Assembly: GCA_049423385.1 (NCBI GenBank)
Contig: JBMSQQ010000001.1
Coordinates: forward strand, 25,492 to 89,491
Direction of reading: 5' to 3'
DNA: 64,000 nucleotides
Origin: Silvanigrellaceae bacterium
Lineage (GTDB): Bacteria; Bdellovibrionota_B; Oligoflexia; Silvanigrellales; Silvanigrellaceae
Each line of letters starts with the position of its first letter. The stretch's first letter is position 1. The notes beneath the pieces were generated by a model, which saw only the letters and a program-made list of their open reading frames with translations, had not been told where the DNA came from and searched no databases. Position numbers and translations under genes: made by a program. Shown here piece after piece: positions 46,341-56,392 of the stretch.

Positions 46341-47291
46341 TCACGTCATTCGATGCAGCTGGAGGCTCATGTCCACCCAGGTGGCCTGGTGAATCAAGGC
46401 TCCCGAACTCAAAAAGTCGATTCCCAATCCCGCATAAGTTGCGATATTTTCTTCGCTCAAATTCCCGCTGACTTCCAATTCAATCTTCCTGCTGCCTTGA
46501 TTGCGTTCCGCGACGGCAATCCTGATGTCATCGACGGCAAAATTGTCGAGCATGATAACGTCGGCACCTCCCGCCACGGCTTGTCTGAATTCACTCAGGT
46601 TTGTGACTTCGACCTCAAGACGTGTCAGCAATGGAACACTTTTTTGGGCAGAGAAGAGGGCATCGGGTATCCCCCCAAAACTGCGCAGATGATTTTCCTT
46701 GAGCATCAAACCCGTGTCCAGCGAGTGGCGATGATTGCGAACTCCAGCAAGACGGGTTGCATATTTCTCATAAAGACGCAGCCCGGGCGTCGTCTTTCGG
46801 GTTTCCAGCAACTTCGGACTGCGTGCCTGTGCACGGGCAGCCGCCGACTCGACAATCGCCAGCATTGCCGCGCTTTTGCTGGCGATTCCACTCAGGCGTG
46901 CAGCCAAATTCAACGCAACGCGCTCACCCAGCAACAAACAGCGGGCATCGCCAATCCCACTCAAAATGACATCACCTTTTTTGACATTGGCACCATCTGA
47001 AAATCGGCTTTCCAGTCGGCACGGTACCGCAGCGTGTGTGCGATGAAACACCGCTGCCATCAATGGAAGTCCGCACAACACAAAATCCTGCTTGGCAACA
47101 ATTTCGACACGCATGGGAGGAGCGTCTGGGGATTGGCTCCAAAGACTCACATCACCCCCGCCGGAATCTTCTTCGAGCCAGGCATCGACATCCCTGAAAA
47201 CGCGCTGGGGCGAAACACCGAAAAGGCTCACAAGCTGCTTGTCCACCCACGCCGGGTTGAGCTCGATTGTCTGTTTTTGTTGCTGAACCAC
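46341..47291 (-). CDS. nadC: Nicotinate-nucleotide diphosphorylase (quinolinate phosphoribosyltransferase)
   Basis: ERVALN, ETRKTTPGLR, NHR, LKENH, EVEV, IMLDN, EVSG. GTG start after AAGGAG. Confidence 0.93.
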   Translation of the reverse strand: MVQQQKQTIELNPAWVDKQLVSLFGVSPQRVFRDVDAWLEEDSGGGDVSLWSQSPDAPPMRVEIVAKQDFVLCGLPLMAAVFHRTHAAVPCRLESRFSDGANVKKGDVILSGIGDARCLLLGERVALNLAARLSGIASKSAAMLAIVESAAARAQARSPKLLETRKTTPGLRLYEKYATRLAGVRNHRHSLDTGLMLKENHLRSFGGIPDALFSAQKSVPLLTRLEVEVTNLSEFRQAVAGGADVIMLDNFAVDDIRIAVAERNQGSRKIELEVSGNLSEENIATYAGLGIDFLSSGALIHQATWVDMSLQLHRMT

Positions 47292-47391
47292 AGCCAAACT
47301 CCTTGCTGCCGCCTTGGACTTTCCGCAGCCGACGACTATTGTGACTTCATCTGCAACCAATTCCTGTGCAACCTCAGTAGAGGCCAACGAC

Positions 47392-48867
47392 ATGGACATG
47401 GGTCTACCATACACTCCCTTGATTGAAAGCCTCGAGGAACAGGTGGCTCAAGGCCTTTTCACGGCCTGGTCTTGCGCCCACCGAAGTGGTGCAATTTCAG
47501 CTTTCTACGCCGACGAGGCCAGCCCACGCGACTGGCTTCTCGACCAAAACCCCGAGCTGCATCCCCATCAGCGCACCTTTCGCGGCTGGATGCCGTCATT
47601 TGATCTCGCGAGCTTGACAAAGCCCTTGCTGGCCAACGCATGGCTGCGCCATTCACTGGGTGCGGACGCGGTGCTGTGGTGCGCCAGCCCATTGGCAAGC
47701 CTGCTTGAACCAAGAACAGAAGAGGGCCAGACGCTCAAGGACTGGGCCGAGAAACATTCATGGCTGACCCTGGCGCATCTGCTCAATCACACGAGCGGAC
47801 TGCAGGCCTGGACATGGTTTGGACGAGCCCTGTGGCATTTCACCCCACACGGATCCTCGCGGCATGGTCGAACCATCAATCGCGCTCCAGAACTTCAAAA
47901 CGATAGCGAAGGCCGAATCGCCCGCACCGCACAAAGGGACCTCACAAATCACATTCTGAGTCTTCCACTTCAAAAGCCAGAAAAAGAACCAACATCGATA
48001 TATTCGGATCTGAATTATTTCATCCTCGCACGAGTCATCGAAAATCTGGCAGTCAACCGTTTTCCGGGCTGGAAAGGAATCCTTGAAGAACTCAATGGAA
48101 TCTGGGGAAGCGAATTCTGGCACGCATCACTTGATCCCGAACGAAGCCAACAGGCCATTCCGTTTTTTCCGTACATCCATTCCCAGGTGATTGCGCATCT
48201 CTATGAGAGCAGAAAGCTGAACAACCATGCGGGTGAATTTGGTGCCGCACACGACACCAATGCCAACATCCTGGCAACCGATTTTCGCGTCGCGTGTCAT
48301 GCTTTTCCATTGGTTTCCAGTCACGCCGGAATGTTCGGAAGTATTCTCGATGTGGCAAAAGCTGCTGATTTCTTCATCACAAGTCAGAGCGAATTTTCGG
48401 CAATGGCAGTTCCTTCCGGTATCGAAAGCAAGCGATTCCGCTGGGGCCTCGACACCCCCTCCAATGAAAATTCGACGGCCGGGCTCAACATTTGGTCCCC
48501 TGCAAAAAGCAAGTCGATTTTCGGACATCTTGGCTACACGGGAACATCTCTCTGGATGGCAGACGATGGACAATTTCATGCCCTGCTGACCAACCGCACC
48601 GCCCAAAGGACATCCATTGGATCAGCAATGGTGCCGCGCATTCTTGTCTTTCAAAACGACTCAACGCGCGAACCTGAATGCTGGGTTCGGAAGCACGACA
48701 AAAAGATCACGATGCCATGGCAAAAAATCTGCTGGCAAGACGCATTTGCCTTGAGTTTTGAATACTCGAGGGGCGTGACGCGGTATTGGGACCGCAACAA
48801 CATTCGCAAGGCTCCCGATTTGGCAAATGTCCGCCGCTCGACCGGTCGATACTTATGGTCACACTGA
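47392..48867 (+). CDS. Serine hydrolase, beta-lactamase class C / PBP-like fold
   Basis: FDLASLTK (SxxK), LLNHTSGL, YSD, HD.NA, HAGMFG, GHLGYTGT. Confidence 0.82.
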   Translation: MDMGLPYTPLIESLEEQVAQGLFTAWSCAHRSGAISAFYADEASPRDWLLDQNPELHPHQRTFRGWMPSFDLASLTKPLLANAWLRHSLGADAVLWCASPLASLLEPRTEEGQTLKDWAEKHSWLTLAHLLNHTSGLQAWTWFGRALWHFTPHGSSRHGRTINRAPELQNDSEGRIARTAQRDLTNHILSLPLQKPEKEPTSIYSDLNYFILARVIENLAVNRFPGWKGILEELNGIWGSEFWHASLDPERSQQAIPFFPYIHSQVIAHLYESRKLNNHAGEFGAAHDTNANILATDFRVACHAFPLVSSHAGMFGSILDVAKAADFFITSQSEFSAMAVPSGIESKRFRWGLDTPSNENSTAGLNIWSPAKSKSIFGHLGYTGTSLWMADDGQFHALLTNRTAQRTSIGSAMVPRILVFQNDSTREPECWVRKHDKKITMPWQKICWQDAFALSFEYSRGVTRYWDRNNIRKAPDLANVRRSTGRYLWSH

Positions 48868-48922
48868 AAAGATGTTAGCTTCGTGTGTCCAAAGCCGTCT
48901 CACAACAGGGCCATGACACATC

Positions 48923-50173
48923 ATGAAAAAGCAAAGACCGTTCTATAAAAAGCCTTTGTTCATTGTCATCGCAGCATGCCTTTGTGCCGCGATCGGGATG
49001 ATCAGCTGGACGCGTTTCAACCGTCTGGCAAAGTTCGAAAAGGATCAGAATGCCAAGACCGTTTCCGTTGTTCGGCGTGATATTCGAAAAGACCTTCTCC
49101 TCACCGGAAAAATTCTCCCATCAAGCTCCATCGCGGTATACTCACCGGTTTCAGGACAGTTGAAACAAATCCATGTGCAGGAAGGGCAAAAGGTTGACGA
49201 AGGACAACTTCTTTTTGCAGTTCTGCAGGACACATCGGGACAAAAGGAACTGGAGGCACGTCAAAGCGAAGTGCAACGGACGCGAATCGAACTGCAGGCT
49301 GCCGAAGAAAACCTGGATCGCCGACAAAATGTGAAAGACCTTTTCTCGCAGGCTGAGAATGAAAAAGCCGAGAACGATTTTGAACGCGCACGTCTTGCCT
49401 TCAACACAGCACGTGAACAACTCAATCTGCTCGAGAACTCCCTTGGGCTTTCGGGAGCCGCCAACCCGGATCGCAAAACAAAAAAGAAGGATTCGTCACG
49501 CACTTCGATCATCTTCGTCAAGGCACCCAGACGTGGAGTTGTGACGTTCTTGAACAAAGCCGTGGGCGAAAGCGTGATGGCGACTGCCGAAAGCGCAGAA
49601 GCAACCGGTCGAGAAGTTCTAATTGTTTCGGACACAGAGCAGATGATGGTCCGCTCCAAAATCCTCGAATCCGACCTTGCCATCGTGAAAACTGGTCAAC
49701 CGGTTCAAATCAAGCTCGACGCCTTTCCGGAAAAATCATACCGAGGAAAAGTCAATCGCATCAGTCAACAAGGAGTTGAAGACAAAGCCGGAGGATATAC
49801 CTATTTTGTCACCGACATCCTGATAGAAAGCCCGGACCAGGATGTGCGGGCCCAGATGAATGCCAGCGTTGAACTTGTTGCTGCCGAACGCAAGGATGTC
49901 CTGGCATTGCCAGCCAATGCCGTGGCAACCCTGTCGGGAAACTCCGTGGTAGAACTGCCAAGATCGTCGGCATCTGAGCCGGCTCGCTACAAATCGGTCA
50001 AAACCGGAATCATGACGGACTTGTGGATAGAAATTGAAGGCGACGCATTGAAAATCGGAGACAAGGTTCTGGAAATCGACTTCGCCAAACTCGATCTCAA
50101 AAAACTTGCCGAGGGCCGCCTCGGTGTCGAGAACGCCGTTGATTCCGCCCGCGGTTCAATTCATCAAAAGTGA
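48923..50173 (+). CDS. MacA-like periplasmic adaptor (MFP)
   Basis: N-terminal TM anchor, SPVSG..V.EG..V..G lipoyl halves, coiled-coil hairpin, AP..G.V. Confidence 0.88.
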   Translation: MKKQRPFYKKPLFIVIAACLCAAIGMISWTRFNRLAKFEKDQNAKTVSVVRRDIRKDLLLTGKILPSSSIAVYSPVSGQLKQIHVQEGQKVDEGQLLFAVLQDTSGQKELEARQSEVQRTRIELQAAEENLDRRQNVKDLFSQAENEKAENDFERARLAFNTAREQLNLLENSLGLSGAANPDRKTKKKDSSRTSIIFVKAPRRGVVTFLNKAVGESVMATAESAEATGREVLIVSDTEQMMVRSKILESDLAIVKTGQPVQIKLDAFPEKSYRGKVNRISQQGVEDKAGGYTYFVTDILIESPDQDVRAQMNASVELVAAERKDVLALPANAVATLSGNSVVELPRSSASEPARYKSVKTGIMTDLWIEIEGDALKIGDKVLEIDFAKLDLKKLAEGRLGVENAVDSARGSIHQK

Positions 50174-50183
50174 GAAGAACACC

Positions 50184-52250
50184 ATGAATCGGAATGGAGA
50201 CTTTCTGTTTCGGTTGAAACAGGTGAGCTATACCTACAGCGCAGTGAACACTCCATCATTCGTGGCTCTTGAGAACATCAACCTTGAGATACGCCACGGA
50301 GAATTCGTTTCCATCACGGGACCCAGTGGATCGGGCAAGTCCACCCTCATGCACCTGCTCGGACTCATGGCCAGCCCGGGGCGAGGTGAGCTGTTTTTGA
50401 GTGGTATGCCGACTGCAGAATTGAACTCAAACCAAAAATCCATTCTACGAAACAAGAAAATCGGATTTCTCTTTCAACAATTTTTTCTTGTCCCCCAGCT
50501 GACCGTGCTGGAAAACATTCTGTTGCCGACAGTGTATGCAAATGAATCGTCAGATCGAGAGTCACTCCGGGAAAAAGCAATCAATCTCATTGCCCGGTTC
50601 GGATTGGACGGTCAGGAACACAAACGCCCTGGTCAGCTTTCGGGCGGCCAGCGACAAAGGGTGGCGCTCTGCCGTGCTCTCGTGATGGATCCCGAGGTCC
50701 TGCTCTGCGACGAACCGACAGGTGCGCTCGACAGCAACACGGCTCAAGAAGTTTTAAGAACGCTGGACATGCTTCACGCTTCCGGAAAGTCCATTGTCGT
50801 CATCACCCATGACACAGCGGTTGCTGACAGGGCAGAGAGAATCATTCGCATCGTCGATGGGAGAATCGTCGACGATGCAACAAATTCAAGACGGTTGACT
50901 GAGCCCTTGCCGGATGAGGATTTCAGAAAAGAAACGAAGATAACCTCCCACTGGGCCTGGACGCGGGACAAGATCCTAGGGCAACTGAAGACAATGTTTC
51001 TACCCACATTCGAGGCTTTGAAAACCCAAAGACTGCGGACTGTCTTGACAATGACCGGACTCCTCCTCGGAGTCTCGAGCATTTTCATCATGCTCACCCT
51101 CACTGGTCAGGTTGAAAAAATATTTGAGGAATTTTTTGCCACACAAGGTTCGCGCAAGGCCTTTGTCAGCTTTGATGGACGTACTGCAGAAAAGACGGGA
51201 GCACCACGGTGGCGCGGCTTGAATGTCAAGACGGATTTGCCGGTGCTGAATGATCAGCTGTCTCACTATGGTCGAATCGATCCAACGATCGAAACCAGTG
51301 ATTGCAAAATTTCATCTCCCTTTGGCAGTTTTCAAGGTAGCCTGAGCGGTGTCAATTCCCTGAAAGAGGCACAGGAAAACAGCCTGCGCATTGCGACCGG
51401 ACGCATGCCCATGCCACACGAATTTGAATCAACCACTCCGGCGCGGGTTGCCCTTCTCGGCAGTGATGCGGTCGCAAAGCTCTTTCCAACCAGGGGATCA
51501 CGGCAAAAAAAATCGGACGCCACCATTGTCGGTCAACATCTGGTGATAAGAGGCTGTCAATTTGACGGAATCATCACAATCATTGGCATCCTTGAACCCA
51601 TCGATTCCCTCTTTGACCGCGACATCAACTCAACACTCTATATTCCGTCCCAAACTCTGCTTGCGAGTGGCTCATCCATGTACAAAACCAGATTTGTGAC
51701 AGTGCCGAATCCAGGGGTAAGCCCCACCTGGTTTGCAAAACACGTGATAGGGAAATTGAGCCTGGCTACCGAAAACAAATTTCCATTCCGATTTTTTGCG
51801 GCAGAGCAGGAGCTGGAGAAGTTCAATCTGATGATGGGCATTCTCACGGGTTTGACTCTTGTGATTGGCGGTCTGTGCACACTCATCGGGGGCATTGGAG
51901 TCATGAACATCATGCTGGTGAATGTTCACGAAAGAATTCGCGAAATTGGAATCAGAAAAGCAGTTGGTGCGCAGGAAGGGCACATCAAAGGACAATTTCT
52001 GCTGGAGTCGACTGGCCTGTGCGCACTCAGCGGACTTCTTGGTGCCGGGTTTGGAGTTGTAGTGAGCATTTCTGCCTTTTCGGTCGCGAGAATGTTTCTA
52101 CCGAGGATTGCCAATCTCGAATACCAATTCGACCTCGCAGCTCTGGGCGTCGCACTGACGGTCAGTCTGACTGCGGGACTCGTTTTCGGCACCTGGCCCG
52201 CTCTCAAGGCAGCATCCATGGACGTTGTTGAAGCACTGAAGCAGGAGTAA
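50184..52250 (+). CDS. MacB-like ABC transporter (ATPase-permease fusion), copy 1
   Basis: GPSGSGKST, LSGGQRQR, DEPTGALD, ITHD; GGIGVMNIML..ERIREIGIRKAVGA. Confidence 0.92.
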   Translation: MNRNGDFLFRLKQVSYTYSAVNTPSFVALENINLEIRHGEFVSITGPSGSGKSTLMHLLGLMASPGRGELFLSGMPTAELNSNQKSILRNKKIGFLFQQFFLVPQLTVLENILLPTVYANESSDRESLREKAINLIARFGLDGQEHKRPGQLSGGQRQRVALCRALVMDPEVLLCDEPTGALDSNTAQEVLRTLDMLHASGKSIVVITHDTAVADRAERIIRIVDGRIVDDATNSRRLTEPLPDEDFRKETKITSHWAWTRDKILGQLKTMFLPTFEALKTQRLRTVLTMTGLLLGVSSIFIMLTLTGQVEKIFEEFFATQGSRKAFVSFDGRTAEKTGAPRWRGLNVKTDLPVLNDQLSHYGRIDPTIETSDCKISSPFGSFQGSLSGVNSLKEAQENSLRIATGRMPMPHEFESTTPARVALLGSDAVAKLFPTRGSRQKKSDATIVGQHLVIRGCQFDGIITIIGILEPIDSLFDRDINSTLYIPSQTLLASGSSMYKTRFVTVPNPGVSPTWFAKHVIGKLSLATENKFPFRFFAAEQELEKFNLMMGILTGLTLVIGGLCTLIGGIGVMNIMLVNVHERIREIGIRKAVGAQEGHIKGQFLLESTGLCALSGLLGAGFGVVVSISAFSVARMFLPRIANLEYQFDLAALGVALTVSLTAGLVFGTWPALKAASMDVVEALKQE

Positions 52251-52254
52251 AACG

Positions 52255-53673
52255 ATGAAAAAAAGACTATTGCAGTGCTTTATATTCTTCCACCTGTCAC
52301 TGTCCACAAGCCTTGCTTGGGCGGAAGATTTCTCCGAGGCATATGTTCCAACCGAACTGGAAATGTGGCTGCCTTCGTTTGCAAGAATTGTCGCACACCT
52401 CAACGAGGTTGATCCCACTCTCAGCCAGTTGCAGGAAGCCTTGAATGCGAAGGTCACTCAAGAACAAAGGCTCCTGCCAACCCTTTCCGCAGACGCAAAC
52501 CTTGTCCGCGGCCAGTCCAGTTCCTTCGAAGGCAACAGGGAAAACGCCTCGAACCCACGAACGACCGACCTGCAGCTCAATCTCACACTGCGACAAAACA
52601 TCTACAATGGTGGAGCAGATTGGAAGAAAATATCTCTTGCTGAATCGCGGGTGAAATTGACTCAACTGAGACGAGTGCTCCTTGTCCGCAACCATCTTCG
52701 CAATTGGCTCAGGGACACGGCCGGAATTCATCACCAGAAAAAGATTGTCTCGTACCACGTCGACGCAGCCGGCCAGGCCAAGGCATTGAATCTGCTTGCC
52801 AGCCGGAAGGAAAGCAGCGGCTTTCTCGGCAAGCGTGACCTGCTTGATTCACAAAGGGAATTGCTGCGGGTTGAACAGGAATCGATCGTTGCTGCCAACA
52901 CACTGGAGGAACTCAAGGGTCGCTTGCGCATGAATTATGGTGCTGAATTTGACGACTCAACGACCCCCTCGTTCTTTCAAAAAATTGCGAAGCAAAATCC
53001 GCAAGACCAGTTCAACAACAATTCAAGAACGAATGAAGGTGCGCCACAAATTCCGTCACTGTTGAACCTCGCAATCATGCGAGGAGAATATGAGTCGACA
53101 GTCATTGACGAAGGAATTGCGAAATCGTCAAGATTCACTCCGCGACTCGATGCAATTGCACAGGCAGGTCAAACCCACAGAATGGAAAAGGTCTCTGAAA
53201 ACGCCTCAGGCATCGTAGGATCCAATGGTATTTCAGGTTCCTGGGATTCGACCCGGAGATGGTCCATTGCGCTGGCGGGAGAAATCTCCATGAATCCCTC
53301 CAACGCATTTGGACAGATCGAGGAAAGTCGACAAAAAATAAAAACGGCGCAGCTGAATCAAGAAAAGCAGGTCCGCGAGACCCGCCTCGCGCTTGAGACC
53401 TTGAGGCTCAAACTCAAGCAAACTCGAATGCAGAAAAAATCTGCAGAGCAACTTCTTTCCATGACCTCGCAAATGCGTGAAAAAAACCAAAGGCTCTTTG
53501 AGGCTGGTGAACTGCCAATCGATCGATTGATCGCGACACAGCAAGATCTCAACCGGGACAGGATTGCGCTTGCAGTTGTTGAGCATCAGGAACTGCTCCT
53601 TGCGATGGATCTTCTGCTCTCCGAGAAATGGAATCTCCCGCCACACGCAGCTACCATGACGGGAATGCCATGA
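52255..53673 (+). CDS. TolC-family outer-membrane efflux protein
   Basis: Signal peptide, LP.L, LRQNIYNGG, repeated F.AG / E.SG helical motifs; context between two MacB genes. Confidence 0.78.
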   Translation: MKKRLLQCFIFFHLSLSTSLAWAEDFSEAYVPTELEMWLPSFARIVAHLNEVDPTLSQLQEALNAKVTQEQRLLPTLSADANLVRGQSSSFEGNRENASNPRTTDLQLNLTLRQNIYNGGADWKKISLAESRVKLTQLRRVLLVRNHLRNWLRDTAGIHHQKKIVSYHVDAAGQAKALNLLASRKESSGFLGKRDLLDSQRELLRVEQESIVAANTLEELKGRLRMNYGAEFDDSTTPSFFQKIAKQNPQDQFNNNSRTNEGAPQIPSLLNLAIMRGEYESTVIDEGIAKSSRFTPRLDAIAQAGQTHRMEKVSENASGIVGSNGISGSWDSTRRWSIALAGEISMNPSNAFGQIEESRQKIKTAQLNQEKQVRETRLALETLRLKLKQTRMQKKSAEQLLSMTSQMREKNQRLFEAGELPIDRLIATQQDLNRDRIALAVVEHQELLLAMDLLLSEKWNLPPHAATMTGMP

Positions 53674-55763
53674 TCACGGAGATCATCAAACTTGAAAAAG
53701 TGGGATATTCGTATGCGGGTCAGGAGGCCACCTTCACGGCACTCGAAGCAATCGACCTCGTCGTCGAGCCTGGCGAATACGTTGCCATCGTTGGACCTTC
53801 GGGTTCCGGAAAGTCCACCCTTCTGAATATTCTGGGACTGCTTTCGCGTCCCACCGGGGGGGAGCTTTCGATTTTCGGCCACCGTCTTTCGACGCTCGAC
53901 GAAGCTCAACTGGCACAGATTCGCAATGAAAAAATCGGGTTTGTCTTTCAGAATTTTCTCCTGGTCAGTCGACTCACTGTCCTGGAAAACATTCTTTTGC
54001 CGTCGGCCTTCGAATCGACCCATGCCCGCAATGAAGAGTACAGCCAAATGATGCAAGCTCGAGCCCTTGAATTGCTGGACAGAGTCGGCCTTTCCGGTAT
54101 GGCAGACCGCCTTCCGATGGAGCTTTCCGGCGGACAAAAACAACGGGTGGCAATATGCCGAGCAATGCTTTTAAAGCCACAGCTTCTACTTGCCGACGAG
54201 CCCACAGGAGCCCTCGATTCGGCAAGCTCAGTTGAAGTTCTCAAAATGCTGGGTGAGCTGCACTCAGATGGTTGCACCGTGGTTGTGATCACACACGACA
54301 AGGACGTGGCTTCACGGGCGCAGCGAACCGTCGCTGTGATGGATGGAAGAATATTTTCCGACGAAAAGAGTTCTGCAGTAGGCTCAAAAGCACATTCAAT
54401 TTCAGAGACGAACTACAGTCCACTCCCCATCCCGGCCAAAGACAAAACGATACCATCTTCTCCGGATGAAACAGGCATAACCGAACTCCGATACATGTTT
54501 CTTCAAAGTGTCACTTTGGCGAAACGGAGCCTTGCAACCCATCGTGTGCGGAGCATTCTTACAGGATTGGGCCTTTTCATCGGAATCCTCAGTCTCATCG
54601 TCATCAATGGCCTTGGTGAGATTGTCGAAAATGCGTTCAACAAATTGTTTTACACGAGCTCCATCCGCAAGGCATACGTTTATTACGATTCCGATCGTGG
54701 CGGGTTTCATGGCGGAAGGGGCTCTGAATGGCGTGGCCTGCACGCTCAGGTCGAGTTCCCTCGCCTGGCTCAAATGTTTTCAAGCAAAGGAACGATTCGG
54801 CCATTTCTTCGGAGCGGGACCTGCCAAGTCCGAAGCGACTCCGGAGTATTGCGGACAAGACTTTCGGGTGTGAGTGACTCAAACGAATTCGGAGAGATGG
54901 ACACGCCGCTGAAAGTTGGACGCTGGCCAAGCACAATGGAGTTCGCCAACGGTACAGCTGTCACCATACTTGGCTCGGACACTGTCGATCAGCTTTTCAA
55001 GATCAACGATCCACGCCGTCGAAGTCAAGACTTTCCTGTCGGAGAGCGTTTGACTGTCGACAACTGCAATACGCTTGTGACGTTGACCATCGTTGGGGTT
55101 TTGGGAAAACGTGACACCACTTTCGGAAACAGGGACGCAAACGATATTTTGTATGTGCCGCTTCATACGCTGCTCTCACGAATGGGGCCAACTTTTTTTA
55201 CCTGGTTCAGTGCTCTTCCACACGAAGGGATCGACACACGCCAACTTGCAAATGAATTGACAACTTACCTGAGTTTGCAATCGGGTGGAAAACTGTCTTT
55301 CGGCAGCTCAATGCCAGCCGACATTCTCGACCGGGTCCGCGGATTTCTGTGGATCGTCCAGGCGATCGTCGGCTTCATTGGTGGGCTTTGTCTTTTTGTT
55401 GGCGGCGTTGGTATCATGAACATGATGCTCGTCACGGTGGCCGAGAGAACTCAGGAAATTGGTTTGCTCAAGAGTCTCGGTGCGCGAAATTTTCATATCC
55501 GTTCGATCATCCTGGCTGAATCGGTGCTGCTTTGCTTCTGGTCAGGCTGCATCGCTGTTGTCGTAGGCTTGATTCTCAACAATTGCTTTTCCCTTGCTGT
55601 CAGCCTGTTTGTGCCGATGCTCAAGGACTTTCGATGGGTTGTCGCACCTTTGGGCATGATTCTGGGTTTGGTCGTGAGCGTTGGCTGTGGACTGGGATTT
55701 GGAGCTGTACCTGCAGCGCGAGCTGCCCGCCTCGATCCGGCCGAGTGCCTCCGCGCAGAGTAG
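53670..55763 (+). CDS. MacB-like ABC transporter (ATPase-permease fusion), copy 2
   Basis: GPSGSGKST, LSGGQKQR, DEPTGALD, ITHD; GGVGIMNMML..ERTQEIG. Confidence 0.92.
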   Translation: MITEIIKLEKVGYSYAGQEATFTALEAIDLVVEPGEYVAIVGPSGSGKSTLLNILGLLSRPTGGELSIFGHRLSTLDEAQLAQIRNEKIGFVFQNFLLVSRLTVLENILLPSAFESTHARNEEYSQMMQARALELLDRVGLSGMADRLPMELSGGQKQRVAICRAMLLKPQLLLADEPTGALDSASSVEVLKMLGELHSDGCTVVVITHDKDVASRAQRTVAVMDGRIFSDEKSSAVGSKAHSISETNYSPLPIPAKDKTIPSSPDETGITELRYMFLQSVTLAKRSLATHRVRSILTGLGLFIGILSLIVINGLGEIVENAFNKLFYTSSIRKAYVYYDSDRGGFHGGRGSEWRGLHAQVEFPRLAQMFSSKGTIRPFLRSGTCQVRSDSGVLRTRLSGVSDSNEFGEMDTPLKVGRWPSTMEFANGTAVTILGSDTVDQLFKINDPRRRSQDFPVGERLTVDNCNTLVTLTIVGVLGKRDTTFGNRDANDILYVPLHTLLSRMGPTFFTWFSALPHEGIDTRQLANELTTYLSLQSGGKLSFGSSMPADILDRVRGFLWIVQAIVGFIGGLCLFVGGVGIMNMMLVTVAERTQEIGLLKSLGARNFHIRSIILAESVLLCFWSGCIAVVVGLILNNCFSLAVSLFVPMLKDFRWVVAPLGMILGLVVSVGCGLGFGAVPAARAARLDPAECLRAE

Positions 55764-55780
55764 ACACCCCCAAAAAGATG

Positions 55781-56218
55781 TCAAAGAGAGACGTTTTGAT
55801 CTGTTTTGGCGGCGCCCTGCTTGTCTCGATATTTTTTGATTTCCCGAAAAAGCGTCTCCATCAATTCAACCCGGGAAATGGGTTTTGTCAGGTAGCCATC
55901 AAATCCACTGCTCATGCACCGCTCCCTCTCGCTGCGCATCACATGGGCCGTGAGAGCGATGATGGGTATTCGACAGTCATGGCCCCTCAAGCGCTGCACT
56001 GCCTCATACCCATCCATGCCCGGCATCTGGATATCCATCAGAATCGCATCGAAATGCTTTTGCAAAGCAAGGACTATCCCCTGCGGCGCATCTGCGGCTA
56101 CCTCGGCCTGCGCGCCCGCCAACGACAAAAACCGGGAAACGAGCAGGCGATTGTCCTGTGCATCGTCCACCACAAGAATTGTGCAACCTTCCAGTCGCCG
56201 AAGCGTATCCTGCTGCAT
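55781..56218 (-). CDS. Single-domain response regulator (receiver)
   Basis: VVDD, MDIQMPGMDG (phospho-Asp), LTAH, KP. Confidence 0.9.
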   Translation of the reverse strand: MQQDTLRRLEGCTILVVDDAQDNRLLVSRFLSLAGAQAEVAADAPQGIVLALQKHFDAILMDIQMPGMDGYEAVQRLRGHDCRIPIIALTAHVMRSERERCMSSGFDGYLTKPISRVELMETLFREIKKYRDKQGAAKTDQNVSL

Positions 56219-56392
56219 TTCTTACCCTCAAGCACAGAAGTCCATTCGTGGCATGACGCCTAAACCCGGCGGGAACTTCAGGCAAGACCTGCGGGCAATA
56301 CTGCCGGGAATGAAAAATTTTCCCACCTCGGAATTCAATTCGTTCCGAAATTCCACCAGGCACAGCTCGAGAGAATTTTTGAGGTTTTAGAC

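Noticed and set aside
47292..47414. Apparent head-to-head overlap of nadC and the serine hydrolase
   Set aside because: It disappears when RBS-supported starts (GTG 47291, ATG 47392) are used.
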